From: Girardia tigrina
Lineage: Eukaryota
Direction of reading: 5' to 3'
Assembly (NCBI GenBank): GCA_001938485.1
Contig: MQRK01201053.1
Span: 52,745-102,347, forward strand
Length of the DNA: 49,603 nt
In this document: piece after piece, positions 25,631 to 38,559 of the stretch
How positions within the stretch are numbered: position 1 is the stretch's first letter
How the letters are laid out: each line of letters begins with the position of its first letter
Program-made: the position numbers and the translations under genes
Notes under the pieces: model-generated
What the model was told of the DNA's origin: nothing
What the model saw: only the letters and a program-made list of their open reading frames with translations
Databases searched by the model: none

Positions 25631-26728
25631 GTTGGAAATTGGTTCGAATTATCTTTGTTGGATTTGATATTTATTTTCATTTTTTCTTATTAGAAGTGTA
25701 TGAACTATTCTGATGTAGTTTCCCTTTTTAAAGCCTAATGTTTCACTAAAATGACTTTTTTCTATCTTCAATTCGAAATAATTATTATTTTCAAAAAATA
25801 TTTTAGTAAACTGCGGTTAAGTTAACTGCTCTTTCTTCGCTTCTACAGACGAGTTATTAAATCCAATCATTAGTAAATTTAGTGAAATCTTTCTATTTCA
25901 AACAGTTTTCAAAGTACTGTTTAAAATTATATTTAAAAAAAAGTCATGTACAATTGAAATCATTGATTGTTATACTGTACAAGAGTAATTATCCATTAGC
26001 GAAGAATCAATTAAGTGCAAATCATTCTTCTTGGTACGTAAATTTCTGTTCAGTTCAAACTGCTAATCATCGTCACCAAAAGTACCTGTTGTCCGCCATG
26101 ATCTCTCTACCTGTTAACATTCTTGATTAGTCATTTCTACGTTTCATTAAGTACGCATGTTTTTGGCACTGACTGATTTTCATCGACACTGTTTTGCATA
26201 TTTTGTATAATGACTTTGAATTTCAGATATTCTATATTTTATCTTATAACCATATTTTAAAATATAAGACTAAGTCTAATCGGTGTGATTTTTAAAAATG
26301 AAACTTGGTAAACAAGGCAGTTAAATTAGCTTTATAACAAATTTAATCAAATAAATCTTTGACCTTAAAATCATTTTCCTAAATATTTTATAATCTTCTT
26401 TTTTGTTATTATTTTATATCACAAAATAACTGGAGTTAGGTCAGTTGTAACAACTCACAGTTGTTGATAATACTTCTTTTATTCTTCCCTTCATTATTAT
26501 TGCAGATGAAGATAGGTTGACGAAGCAAACTGTGGTATGCTGACTGATTGAATGAACTCTAACAAAAGTTTGGTTTCATATAAAGAAGTTTTTCATTTAA
26601 TAATCTTTGGTCTACTTATAATGAATATCAAGACTTTGATAACAACAGAAATTAGTATAATTGCATAATCTAATAACAATTTTCAAATACCAGTGAAATT
26701 TTTATAAACTTATTGTTATATGTATGTA

Positions 26729-28378
26729 TAGGGGCTGGCAAAAAGCATTGCGTTTTTCTATGTCTGTTAAAATATTATCGAAATCTAAAACAAATATAAT
26801 TTAAAACATTTATTTGTGTGAAACATTTATTTTGCCTAAACAAAGTCCCCAGCAGCTTTGATGACAGTCTGGATGAGACTTGTAAATTTTTGAAACTCGC
26901 TTTGTGAGTTCGGCCTTCGATGTTGATTCCAAATATTTTCGAAAATCATTGATTGCCTCTCCTAAATTACCGAATTTGTTTCACAGCGGTAGCATTCGTA
27001 GTTTCAAAAGATAAAGCAATTAATAGCGTTTATGTCGGGGGAGTAGATCGGTTGCTTTAATAGAGACACTTGATTTTGTTGAAACCAAAGTCGAATTAAC
27101 TGTGCTGTCTGAGGTCTGATATTGTAATGAATGACATTACCAAACAGCTTGAAATCATATTCTACAGCAGTGGTTCTTAACCTTTTTAGCTACCGGCACC
27201 CTTAAAATTTTCAAACAATATTCTCGCACCCCTTACCCGAAATTATTGAATTATAAAAATTGAAAAACAAACATTATTCATNNNNNNNNNNNNNNNNNNN
27301 NNNNNNNNNNNNNNNNNNNNNNNNNNNNNNNNNNNNNNNNNNNGAAATAACCAATTATAAATGATCAAAATTTATATTAATGGCTTTTTTGTTGTTGCTT
27401 TTCCTCAATTATTTTTGAAAACCGGGGAATCTTTTTTGAAATAGCCACACGCATATCATTACTAGAATTTTTAAGTTTAGTTTTTTATTTTACTAGCTAC
27501 ACGTGCATTTGTATAATTATAGTTTCGCACCCCCAGATATTCTAGCTCGCACCCCTAAGGGGTGCGTGCACCACCGGTTAAGAACCACTGTTCTACAGAA
27601 ATTGTAAATATCTCCAAGTGTTAATGGATCCACCGTCGTGAAAAAGTTTGCAATCAGATATTCTTCGCCTAGTAATAGTTGGACGATAACCTGTGTCATT
27701 CACCCAAACATGGTCGCATTTTTGTGGAGGTATGTCTCAAAGATAAATCCATTTTTCATCGATCACAATGATATTTTCCTTAGCTCTTGTTGCTGAATAA
27801 AAATTCAACATTTCTTGTCAGAAAATGACTCTGATTCTCTTGTTATTGTTAGTTAAAATGTGAGGAACCCATCTACTGCATAGAGACTTCTTTCCAAGTT
27901 CTTGTTTCGATTTCCAATAATCACTCGTTTCTTCTATGTTTTGTCTCTTGAAATGGCTGACCAGCTTAAGTACCAACATTCTTCAATCATTTAACGAGCG
28001 TTTAGGATTTTCTCTTCTGTAGTGCTCATTCTTGGTCTTCCTGAACCTTCTTTTTGCTCAAAAAGTGTTTACTATTAGAAACTCTAGCGATCTACTGTAT
28101 TCTCCAAAGTCTGACTAAGTTATCTACTCCCTAACTTTTCACAAGAAAGCGATGAATTTCTGTAGCGGAAAAGTTATTTCGTGTTAAAGTTGCAATGAAT
28201 CACATAAGCTTACAATTCATTTTCGGCTGAATCATATAATCAACTCTAATTTATTTATATAAATTTAAATCTTGAACATTTCTGTCTTTTTAATAATCAA
28301 CCTTAGATAATTTACCTAATAAAAATCTACCAAGAAAGTTAAACTTTGATCTTCAGATATTTTTACTGGGCCTTGAAT
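26729..28378 (-). mobile_element. Degenerate mariner-family element interrupted by a hAT MITE
   Basis: TIR-like GGGGCTGGCAAAAAGCATTGCG at ~26731. Minus-strand NIIVIDEKWIY (~27750-27775) and YSPDIN (~27030-27048). The far end is approximate. Confidence 0.7.
27168..27590. mobile_element. hAT (Buster-type) non-autonomous element nested in a mariner
   Basis: Perfect TIR CAGTGGTTCTTAACC / GGTTAAGAACCACTG. 8-bp TSD TTCTACAG (27160-67, 27591-98). GCACCC subterminal repeats. Confidence 0.92.
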
Positions 28379-28711
28379 ATATAAATCTAGAAAAATATGA
28401 TTTTCTTTTCATGAGAAGAAATATTTACTTTTAGAAAAGAATAAAAGATATAGATAAAAAAAATAAAACTTCAACATAATTATCAAACTAAAATTTCCCA
28501 TATATAATGTTAATACTATAAAGATGTTTAGAATAAGAGGTAATAATAATAATAAATGTTAATGAGCATGCTCATTTATTTGGTTACAATAGCCATCAGA
28601 GTAGCTAAGTCTTAATTATGTTGCTTCAGAAAGTAATGCGCTGAGTTATCTATGAATAATAATAATGACTAATGATTATTTTGCTAAATTGGTTTAACGT
28701 TAACTTATCAG

Positions 28712-28989
28712 AAGGTCCATTCAAAAAAATATGAAGTGGAAGTCATATCAGAATTGAGCATGGTAAAACAAATATTTTTGAACTTGACCGAAACGAATGA
28801 CAGATGCTCCATTTTATGTGTCATCGTTCTGGTTGATGTGACCAATGAAGTAGAGCCAGACATGAAGGAGTTAGAGAACTTTCTTGCGAATAACGATTCA
28901 GATATTCTGTTGGTGAAGTATTTAATATGTGATATTGACATTTCCGATCCAGATTCACATGATTTAGAGTTCATGGATTTCATGGAAAA
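28712..28989 (+). CDS. RhoGAPp190: p190RhoGAP exon (pG1)
   Basis: Acceptor cag ends 28711, phase 0. KVHSKKYEVEV resembles human VIDGKMYELSL. Donor gtaaga at 28990, phase 2. Confidence 0.75.
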
Positions 28990-29113
28990 GTAAGATTGAT
29001 CGACCTTATTGTTTTACCACATGCTTAACCATATGTGTGATATATAAATAATTGTTTTAGTCATATTTATGATAATGAAAAAAGTGTTTTGAGTGCATTT
29101 AAATGGCTATGTA

Positions 29114-29284
29114 TGTAACATCAGTGTGGTGACGGCGGATGCTGCAGGTACAAGCACCGATACCGGCACCGGCACCTGAGTGCGCTCTTCAGTTTTCTAT
29201 TTATTAAAATCAAATGTGATATTATTTTATTTGTTTACTTGAATTGTTTATATAAATGATTGTCTAAAATACATTTACTCTACA
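29114..29284 (+). mobile_element. Probable short solo LTR
   Basis: TGT...ACA ends; GC-rich 5' half; ATTAAAATCAAATGT shared with the similar TGT...ACA segment at 34378-34441. No clear TSD. Confidence 0.35.
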
Positions 29285-29687
29285 AATTTTTTAATTGATG
29301 TGAACAGTCATGACAATGTTTCTGTGAGTAAGATATGACATCTCAAAGATTAACAAGAAACTACAGTCATTGGACAGAATACAACCTAATTTTTAGAGAT
29401 TGGAGATTTGAGACTGTTGACGTGTATTATCAAGGTTGCTCAAATATTTATTAATCACACAAATAGAGCTCTCTATTTCAACAATTATTAAAACCTTCTA
29501 AATTATTTTTCATTCTTGTTTGATGTATACGTATATGATGCTAGGTCGTTTCATTACTGTTTGCTTTGATAGAATCAGATTTAAATTTGCTATTTCATGT
29601 AATTTAATAATCATTTAGTAAATTATAAAATAATTGCACATAATATATGAAAACAAATGAACGCCATTTAAAAATATATTTTTTTTC

Positions 29688-29726
29688 ATAATATATTTTG
29701 ACGGTTTAACCGTCATCATCAGATCC
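29688..29726 (-). ncRNA. Inverted hammerhead copy, catalytic G12 mutated to A
   Basis: Minus strand CUGAUGA-U-GACGG(UUAAA)CCGUC-AAAA-UAUAUU. Confidence 0.65.
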
Positions 29727-30048
29727 CTGATTATTTTCTTTTTTATTGCTTTTATCTGCAAACGAGTCCAAGAACACAGTCAAAGAGGTAAAAGAGTAAA
29801 ATTGCTGAGCATAAAAAAACGTGTAACTGTATTATGAACATAAATGATTTTAAGATTTTGTGCAAGCATTTTAAAAATTATTGGGAAAGTGTATCATGTG
29901 AAGCATTGTTGATAAGTTGATGTGATCCAAAATCAATGTTCAAACAGCACTCTCAACTAATTTGTTAAGAGTTTTCGATTAGATTTACGTAAGTGATTGC
30001 ACAATCATTCATTTCTTATATAAAAGCAATAAAAAAGAACATAATCAG

Positions 30049-30089
30049 TGATCTGATGATGACGGTTATACCGTCGAAATATATTATTA
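30049..30089 (+). ncRNA. Minimal type I hammerhead ribozyme (PLE-associated), intact core
   Basis: UGAU-CUGAUGA-U-GACGG(UUAUA)CCGUC-GAAA-U(AU)A-UU^AUUA. Stem I is 4 bp; stem III lies in the palindrome AAUAUAUU; predicted cleavage after 30085. Confidence 0.8.
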
Positions 30090-30161
30090 AAAACCACGAA
30101 AGTTGAACCTTAACACAATAAGACAAGATGGTCCATTTAATGTGAGCTCTTTTATCGATGG

Positions 30162-30355
30162 TGTGAGGAATGTTCTGAATTATTTGTTATTTTACATTTT
30201 GTATGCTGATTCGGATTGTGTCTCTCCTACCCAGATGGCTGATTGGTACATTCTTTAATTCCTACTATTTGAAAGTAATTTAATTTTAAAGGACAATTAT
30301 TTAAAATATATTTCAAATGTATTAATAAAATTTTCAAATTTAATATTTAGTTTTT
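30162..30355 (+). mobile_element. LTR (TGTGAGGAAT family) abutting an integrase fragment
   Basis: TGTGAGGAATG...TTGTGTCTCTCCTACCCAGATGG is shared with other copies. Confidence 0.55.
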
Positions 30356-30359
30356 GATA

Positions 30360-31355
30360 TGAATGGATACCAATACATTTTAGCAATAATCGATCTACTT
30401 ATTAGGTCCATCAGCTTGACCGCAGTGGCCCTGTAAGACGAGAAGACTACACGAAAGGTACTATTTGATAAATTGATTTGGAAATTCGGACCACCAAAAC
30501 AGATACACGTTGATAGATGGAAAACTTTCGAATCAACACTCTTTAAAGAAACGACAAAAATATTTAAGACGGAAATAGTCTATTCAAGTCCTTATCACCA
30601 CAACACTAACGGGATTATAGAAAGACAATTCAGAACAATAAGAGACGCAATGAATATACGATTGAAGGATAATATGCATAGAGATTGGGTAGAAATGTTG
30701 GCAAAAATAGAATTCATGTCAAATGGTACAATTCAAACAACAACTGGAATATCTCCAGTCGAGATAATCTTCGGAAGAAAACTAAGACATCGGTGGAAAA
30801 ACACCACAGAAGGAAAAAGCGGTGAAAAAGAAAATAAAAATACAAATGAAACACACCGAATATTTCAGGTCGGTGATAAAGTCTTGATAAAGAAAGTTAA
30901 CCCAACAAAAGATGATGACCGTTATATGGGACCAGTTAAAATTATAAAGCAAAGACACGAAATAAGTTATGAGATACAACTAGAGGACGATAGGATTTTG
31001 ATCAGAAATGTAGAATGGCTAAAGCCATTTAATCCGAGGGGGATGTAAGGAATATTTTAAATTGTTTGAATGTGTTAATGTACTGATGATGTATGTTGAT
31101 TTGAGTATGCTGAACTTAGAATGGTGATTCTCCCACCCAGATTGAAATTTGTATTTTTTAAATTTAAAGTGATCGAATATTCGAACATAATTAAAATAAT
31201 AAGTTTTTATTTTTTTAAATTCACAATTTAAATTAAGTTTAATATTTTTTAAGAATAGAAAAACATTTAATTAAATTTAAATAAATTTAATAAGATTTAA
31301 ATTAAATTTATTTTACTAATTTGATAACATTTTATAATTTTGTGTTTTTATTACA
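30360..31355 (+). mobile_element. Ty3/gypsy 3' fragment: integrase core and C-terminus, PPT, 3' LTR
   Basis: YILAIID, FGPPKQIHVDR, SSPYHHNTNGIIER, YMGP, RNVEWLKPF. PPT GAGGGGGA immediately before TGTAAGG at ~31045. Confidence 0.9.
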
Positions 31356-32469
31356 AAGGATTTAAATTATTATTTTTTAATTAATATTTTTAAAAATTAT
31401 GTATTTTTAAAAGACGTAGAAAAATTGTTTGAATAATCATGATTAAAGACAGAAATAACGAAACCAATTAGAGCGATGTAAAACGATGAAAGATCTTCTG
31501 AGAGTCGTAATGACTCTAAATGTTGTAGTAATAAAAATTCAAATGAGACTTGTTTTTAATATGGTTCAAAATATTTCCATTGCTTGACCATTTTTCTTTA
31601 ATGGGTTGTTCGATATATTTTTGAAAGAACTACGTATAACTTCGATTATTCAAATTAATAATTTATTTTTTTTTAATTATTGAATTTGTAATTTAACTCC
31701 AAAAGAATTAAATTACGTTTAAATAGTTAATGCAAATATCATTCAACCATATAATTCAGTATTCCTCACAGAGGTTAATAAGTCACTATGTTATTATGCC
31801 ATTTAATAGGGTCTGTTAAAAATATTGGTGACATAAAACATACTACATAAGGAAATAAATATCTATTTAATATATAATTATGGATAGAAATAAAAATAAG
31901 AATGCGTAAACAATCTCCAGATTCAAAATTTATTAAAAATGAATGTACCTTGCTGAAATTCCAACATATTTGTGTAGCAATGATTACTATCCACAACAAA
32001 TATTATCTTTTCAAAATGTACTTCCAATGTCTTCTTATCTAAAAATTAAGTTGAATTTTTCTCGAAAATGAAGACTATTTTTTTAATTTTTGTAAATTTG
32101 TTATAAATTTATCGTAAACAATGAAACGTTAAAAATTGCTTTCTTTTTAGTGCAAAATTATTAGTAAATCTAATAATTTCTTTCCTGATATCAATGAATT
32201 CTGTGCTCTACTCTACTTCTTATCTTGTTTTAAATCGGGTGGACAACAACTCATTGAAAAACTGAAGCAAGTTTTGAGATTATATGTTACAGAGATCATA
32301 GCTAGTTTCTAGTCGATTGGAAAAGCGTAAAAAAATTGGTAAAAAAAATTTTTTAAAAGAAAGCGTTCGAGAACTTAGGCAAATAATAATATTCCTTTTA
32401 GAAGTAACTGGCAAAGTTTTGTAACTGAAAGAGGTTAAAAGAGTTTTAAATTCTGAAATGGTTTTGAAC

Positions 32470-32750
32470 AATTACAAAGTTTGTGGCCGTAAAAAGCATA
32501 TGCTCTGGGTCTTCGGACACTAAGATGACTTTGCAGAATGTAAAGAGTGCTTAATTTGATAGGGGTTCTTGAAAACCATCAGGAATACAAATATCTGCTT
32601 AAAGACACAGTAACCGAAAAACTGTAAGGGACTGTTGAACAAGGAAGTGAATATCTGAAAATGCTTAAACCGCATATGAAAGTATCAAGCTGTATATATA
32701 AAGAATAGACATTTGGACACGGCGCCTCAACGATAGAGGGATGTATCTTT
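32470..32750 (+). mobile_element. Possible Merlin/IS1016-like transposase remnant
   Basis: WVFG (~32507) and GHGASTIEG (~32715-32741) recall Merlin WVFG...HTNTIEG motifs. Heavily decayed. Confidence 0.35.
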
Positions 32751-33442
32751 TATTAATGCTCCATAGAGAACTCACATTTATAACGCATAGAGGTATATTA
32801 ACATTTCACTTTCATCGTTGCAATAAATGCACTTGTTACGAATTGATCGAATATTTGTATATATTTAATTTTTTGTTGTTAAAAGGTATAGTAGAAAAAA
32901 TCTTTATATATATTTATAAAATTATTTTGATAATTGTAATTAAAAAGGAAAAAAATCGTTCGATTCTGGAAAAAAATCCAGTTAAATTGTAATATTTTAT
33001 TTTGAGATTGAAAAATGATATTTTTGATAATTGTAAAATTCAAAAAAATGACCTTGAGTTTGTTTTGTTGTGTTGAATTGAAATACATGTAAATACGACA
33101 GAGTTTTGATTATTGATGAAAATAAATTCGATACGTGACGTTATCGTTTTCAATTGATTAAAAAAGTCAATTTCTTTTCTGGATGCTGAATTGTGCTAAT
33201 CGCGATGTTAAAAAAGACTGCAAATATTAAAATTATAAAAACATTGAATGATACGATTTTCGATGCGCTGAGTCTTCTCGCCGATATTATCAAACTCGAA
33301 TCGATTTTAAATCGAAATTTGAATAGAAATAATCAAATAAACGGCGCAGTGTTTCTGTGTGATCGGCGATTAGGAATTGTTCTAATAAGATTGGTTTTTA
33401 CAATGAGAAATGTTTATCAATCAATTTGAAAATCGATACAAA

Positions 33443-34130
33443 ATGGTTAAAGTATTCTGTGAAAGATTCGAAAGATTTAACGACAAATTGAATTCGATAA
33501 ACGTTATTTTTCAAACGCTTCATCCATTCAAATCGTCATCGACTAAATACACGAAAAACATCCGATATAATGCAATCGATTGTCGGGCCGGATTATTGGC
33601 GTCGATCGCCAATAACGATGTGAATTTCTGCAAAATCTCCTCGAACGAGAGAGCGAGTGTTGAATCGGTCGACTTGAAAGACAAATTCGTGAGTGTCGAT
33701 CCAATTTTCTCGATTAAATTCCGGTTGAGTGTTGCCTGGATCGAGTTCAGTTGCGGTGGATCGATTCTGCTGGTCGCCTTGGTGACCGATGATTGTCTAT
33801 TGGTGACTGTCGGGCTGTTCCGTGTCGAGAGATCGCTGCTGGAGAATGGAGAATCGAAATTTTGTGAATATAAACCGAATACCGAGAGCCAGTTGGTCGA
33901 TTTGCGGTGGCATCCAAATGAGAAAGAGTCATTTTTAGTGGTTTTGAACGATACGGTCTCACGGTGTTGTGTGAAAGAAAACAAAATCGATATTATAAAT
34001 CAGAAATCGAATGCGTTTTATGTATCCTGGAGTCCGAAGGGATTTGTCATTTATCAGTACGACAATTTGATGAATGAAAAGCGCTCGAGTGCGATCATAG
34101 ACATTTTTGGCTCTCTCAGAGCATCTCTAT
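33443..34130 (+). pseudogene. NUP214: Nup214 (CAN) N-terminal beta-propeller fragment, intronless and disrupted
   Basis: LVDLRWHP, VSWSPKG and YQY..L.EK resemble Nup214 (MKWNP, VCWSPKGKQL, VQYLPTLQEK). About 10 residues after WSPKG are missing. A 1-nt frameshift at 34104-34108 restores DIFWLS (cf. DVLWIG). Confidence 0.7.
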
Positions 34131-35599
34131 GGGCCCAGATGCTCCGTTCTTCCGGACAATTCGGAAACAGCACTTATACAGCGAAGGTCTTACAAAACCA
34201 AGATAAAGGGATCATGATTGGTCATTTTTAGAAGTCAACTGATCGGTGCCCGTGCACTGAAGGCATCCAAAGCCGTGTGAGAAGATCAGAAGTTATTGTA
34301 TTTTTTCAGGTTTTCACCCGATACAGAGTAAATGATTCAATACCCTGTGTGCAAATGCTGAGTATCGTAGTTTACTATGTCACAGTCGGGGGAGGCTTAG
34401 CTTTAGTAAAATATTAAAATCAAATGTTAGTTGTTATTACATAATACTATAGGTCGAATTTGGATTTTCGCTGAATAGTATAAAATAGTACTTTGGCTTC
34501 ATTAGCATTTCTTATAAAAGTTGGTAAAAACATTGTCAATTTTTTACTTATTTAATAATTAATAATTTGAGGATTCAAGTTTTACATTTCATTGAAGAAT
34601 AATTTTGATTTTGGTAGACGACAGACGAACAAACGGACGTGTTCATTATTGCAAAACTCATTTGAGTTTAGTTTCGTCTTACACATATTTCGAAATTTCT
34701 TTTCTCGATCTTTGATAGTCTATTGCTAAAGGATATTTGGGGGGGGAGTATTTTCTCTCTTGCAATACATTTTCTTGATCACATCTCAGGCTTAAGAACG
34801 GTTCAATTCTGTTTATCTGTTTAAATTAAATGTCAATTATTTACAACAATTATTAATATCGTACTTTCCAATTGTCGATATTTAGAATGAATGTGTAATT
34901 CATACATCACTCACCGGTCTCAGTTTCGTTATCTAATTATAATTTATATAGCATTGGCAACTGTGATTTATGGAAGCAATTCTAGATTTCACATTCCAAT
35001 TATTCGTGAATTTATTGAAGTATTAAATTAACATTTGAAAGACATTGTAGATGATTTATTACAGTATTTGTGTAGCAAGCATTCATATGTAATTATTATA
35101 CATTAATCTTGAAGAAACTAACCCCTTGTCTATGTGCCTGACTACTTGTATCTAATACGAGAAGTGACACTTCTAAGGCATAATTTGTAAATTCATTCTA
35201 TGAATAAACAAATTTAGAATGTTTGAATTATAACTTATTATAATCGGTCTCTTCTTTCTATTTGTGATACTTATTCCTTAACTAATATGTGACTACCTAA
35301 TCGCATTGTAACACAATTTATAAATTGAATGCCATTTTAATTAACCTTTTACTTCATACTGTGCCTATTTTTCATTCCTCCAAACGATTATTAAGAGACA
35401 GTTAATTTAGAAATTCAGTTTTTACTATTTGTCAAGTTTTACTTTTTTACTAAAATTACAACTAAAAAGTGTTGTTTTTTTATATTTTACAAATTATTCC
35501 TCAAAATCAGTATTTCTATTTTATTAAAAGCAAAGTTTAAAAAACAGTATCCAGAAAACTCATATTTTAAATGAAAACTATTTATTAAAAAATTAAGAT

Positions 35600-36817
35600 T
35601 TGGTCTTCCATCCATCTTGTTATAATTCATTTGTAATTGTTCCAATACTGTGTCTTTCATCTATTTCGTTCTCAACATTTAAATTTACATACATACAATC
35701 CAGATCCTCCATTAATATAAAAATTTATTGGATCACCGACAGAAAAACCAAGTCAATACTGAAAATATTTATTTATCCGAATTTTTCACTTCACCCCACA
35801 GTATTTGAACAACAACTGTTCATAACAATGTTTCTGAGAAACTTTTTTTGTAATTTTTATCGAACTTAAACCGGAAAAAAATATTTATTAATAGTGAATT
35901 TTAATTTCGTTTTGTAAATTTTAGTTTCACCAAAATTTTTCTCGAATCTTTTATTGCTTTTTTTCATTCTAAATTCTTGTTATCTTTAATAAATAATTTC
36001 AATGATCTTTAATTTGGATTCAGAAATTTTATATTTCTAGTTGTCTATATCTTCAAGAATTTCCCACCTGATCTTGAGTTCTTAACACATTGATTAATAG
36101 TCTTATCAAAATCTTAAGATTCTAACATACACATTCTTTTTCCAGTAAATGCCATTCTTCGGTAAACTTCCAGATATGACGATCCTAATTTTTTTCATGA
36201 ATCTTCGCCATTTGATATCGATTTAATTTTTTATTTATGCCAAATATTTCTGTCTTTCATTGAATTCTTAATCATTTTCATATAATTGTATCTAATAATA
36301 ACTTTTCCTGCTACAGAACAAACATCTTATCTTTGTACAGTCTCTCCGCATGTTTCCTCCTCGCAACATGCCTGCTTATAATAACTAGTTGTTTGAATTT
36401 TTGACTTACTTTATAGTTCTTCTGTTTCAGCTTTCTCCATAAATTGATAATATCGCTCAAAATCTTTAATAAAGGTTTCCAAACGAGCATTGTCTCCATC
36501 GAAATTAACTAGACATTTGATTATGATGTTTATTTTTGAAGTGGTCACCGTGTTAATAACTCGGCACGTTTCTGTGTCCTTTTTAAAGTCGCTAGACTCT
36601 TTATGAAACTTCATTTATTTCAAAGCAATAAAATGTGACAAGAACTTTAAATTACTAACGCGATACAAACTGAATATTCAAACAAATACAAATATTGGTT
36701 ATATATTTATTATAACACTAAATAATTTAAATTAAAATCGTAAAATAAACAAAAATAAATAAACAAAATAAACAAATTTCAATCAAAATACAACAATTAT
36801 CAAACAAACCCCTCATA
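35600..36817 (-). mobile_element. Ty3/gypsy 5' remnant (LTR plus decayed gag)
   Basis: LTR start TATGAGGGG at 36817, as at 276 and 2601. gag FDGDNARLETFIKDFERYY is homologous to KGDNVETFIEECESFF at 2003-2368. Confidence 0.65.
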
Positions 36818-36940
36818 ATTTGAATTCACAATTAGGAAAAAAAACTACATCAATGAAATAAATTATCAAAAATAAAAAGCAGAAATTTATTACATGCAAT
36901 ATTTATTTATATTAATATTTTATATTGTTCTACAATACAG

Positions 36941-37307
36941 TGTTGAATTCAGTCATAAATCAGTTCATTGTGAAAATGTTTTTGTCTTTTGGGACTGTCC
37001 AATCTTTGATTTTAGTTTCAGGGAGAAGTATACCGTTATGTCTTTCCATGCTGAGAGTCATCATCGAATTATCGATCGGATTGTGTCAAGTGCTCAGAAG
37101 TTAACAGAACAAAGTGTTATTTGGTTAATCACAGTCTGTGGAGACTCATATGATTATGATGCAGTTGTAAAGTTCTTATTGAATTCGATCAAAGACTTCT
37201 TTCTGCCATGGCCGTACGCCGCAACTAAAAACGATATAACAATTGTGGGCTCATCAAATGAAATGATTATACACTGTTACCGAGTGGTATTCATGTCGTA
37301 TCATCAG
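36941..37307 (+). CDS. RhoGAPp190: p190RhoGAP exon (end of pG1, start of pG2)
   Basis: Acceptor tacag ends 36940, phase 2 (AA+T=Asn). IWLITVCGDSYDYDAVV resembles pG2 IVMCLMCGDPFSADDIL; VFMSYH resembles LLSYH. Donor gttcgc at 37308. Confidence 0.85.
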
Positions 37308-37676
37308 GTTCGCATTAATTTGACTTTCAATTATTTTTTGCTCATACGTTATTAAATCAACCCATAAACAATGGTTTTTAAATTATATTTTTCATATATT
37401 TTCTCGTAATTATGTTGCCAAGAAGCCAATGCTGTCTGAGATTATAAAAGGATTAGTTTATGAGTCTCATGACCTTAAGTATCATTGAGTCGTGTTGGTC
37501 GGTACAGATTAATGTTTTGTTCGTTTTTTTTCTCTTTGTAATATAATTTGATCTAGAACTTATATTTATTTCTTCGATTAAAAAACAGTTAAATGAATAT
37601 TTTCATTGATACTCAAAAAAGGAATCTAAAATTTACTTAAACTTTAATATATGAATACAACAAATATGACAAACAA

Positions 37677-38404
37677 ATATGAATGAAAATCAAAAGAACC
37701 GACGCTATGAAATTTGTTCTGCCAATCATCTTCGCAATAAAAAGGATCCATTTCTTGATTGTATTGTTATCGGTGATGAGAGATGGATCCTGTATGATAA
37801 CCGATGTCGATCTGCACAGTGGTTGGACAAAGATGAAGTACCGAAACACTTTCCAAAACCGAAACTAACACCCCGTAAGGTTATGGTGACAGTTTGGTGG
37901 TNNNNNNNNNNNNNNNNNNNNNNNNNNNNNNNNNNNNNNNNNNNNNNNNNNNNNNNNNNNNNNNNNNNNNNNNNNNNNNNNNNNNNNNNNNNNNNNNNNN
38001 NNNNNNNNNNNNNNNNNNNNNNNNNNNNNNNNNTGATAACGCTAGACCTCATATTTCAAAAGTGACTCTTCAAAAGCTTAATGAGTTTGGCTATGAAACC
38101 CTGCCTCATCCACCATATTCACCAGACCTCTCGCCAACGGACTTCTACTTTTCAGGCATTTGTAGAACTTCCTTCGTGAAAAACTTTTCAAAAACCAAAA
38201 TGATGCTCAAAATGCCTTCCAAGAATTCGTTGCTTCGAGAACCGATACATTTTATGCTGATGGAATAAAACAACTTGTTTCTCGTTGGCAAAAATGTATT
38301 GATGCCAACGGTTCATACTTTGATTAATAAACTTTTGTTTCTGTGAATTTGCACGTCTTTGAAGTTTGTGTCCCAAAACCGCCATTATTTTTCGACCAAC
38401 CTAA
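37677..38404 (+). mobile_element. 5'-truncated mariner transposase (D,D34D) with 3' TIR
   Basis: IVIGDERWILYDN, KVMVTVWW, DNARPH, HPPYSPDLSPTDF. TIR ...TTTTCGACCAACCTAA-TA. Contains an N-gap. Confidence 0.92.
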
Positions 38405-38559
38405 TATTATAAAAATATCCCCTACATCATGTTTATAAATTTATGATTAATACAATCATTTAGATTTAAAGATGGAGGAGATATTTAGTAGCTAAAGTCG
38501 TAGCTAATCTAGAATTCATAGCTACATTATCAACTTTGACATACCGTTCATTATTGAAT

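Larger units (their letters stand above)
29684..30093 (+). mobile_element. 5'-truncated Penelope-like element with inverted pLTR
   Basis: GIY-YIG C-terminal remnant RVQEH..SKIAEHKKTC..DFKIL..EALLI..DPKINVQ (29760-29982), flanked by ~72-bp inverted repeats 29684-29755 / 30020-30093 with about 5 mismatches. Confidence 0.85.

Noticed and set aside
26506-26534. Micro-exon with ttgcag/gtatgc sites
   Set aside because: Has a stop in the required phase 0 and is not needed for the pG1 alignment.
28325-28360. CUGAAGA motifs on the minus strand (also at 21563, 29187) and CUGAUGA at 14561
   Set aside because: No stem II followed by GAAA; chance matches.
31775-31999. 74-aa ORF ending KWHNNIVTY (astacin-like)
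   Set aside because: Single short motif, no HExxH, AT-rich low-complexity frame.
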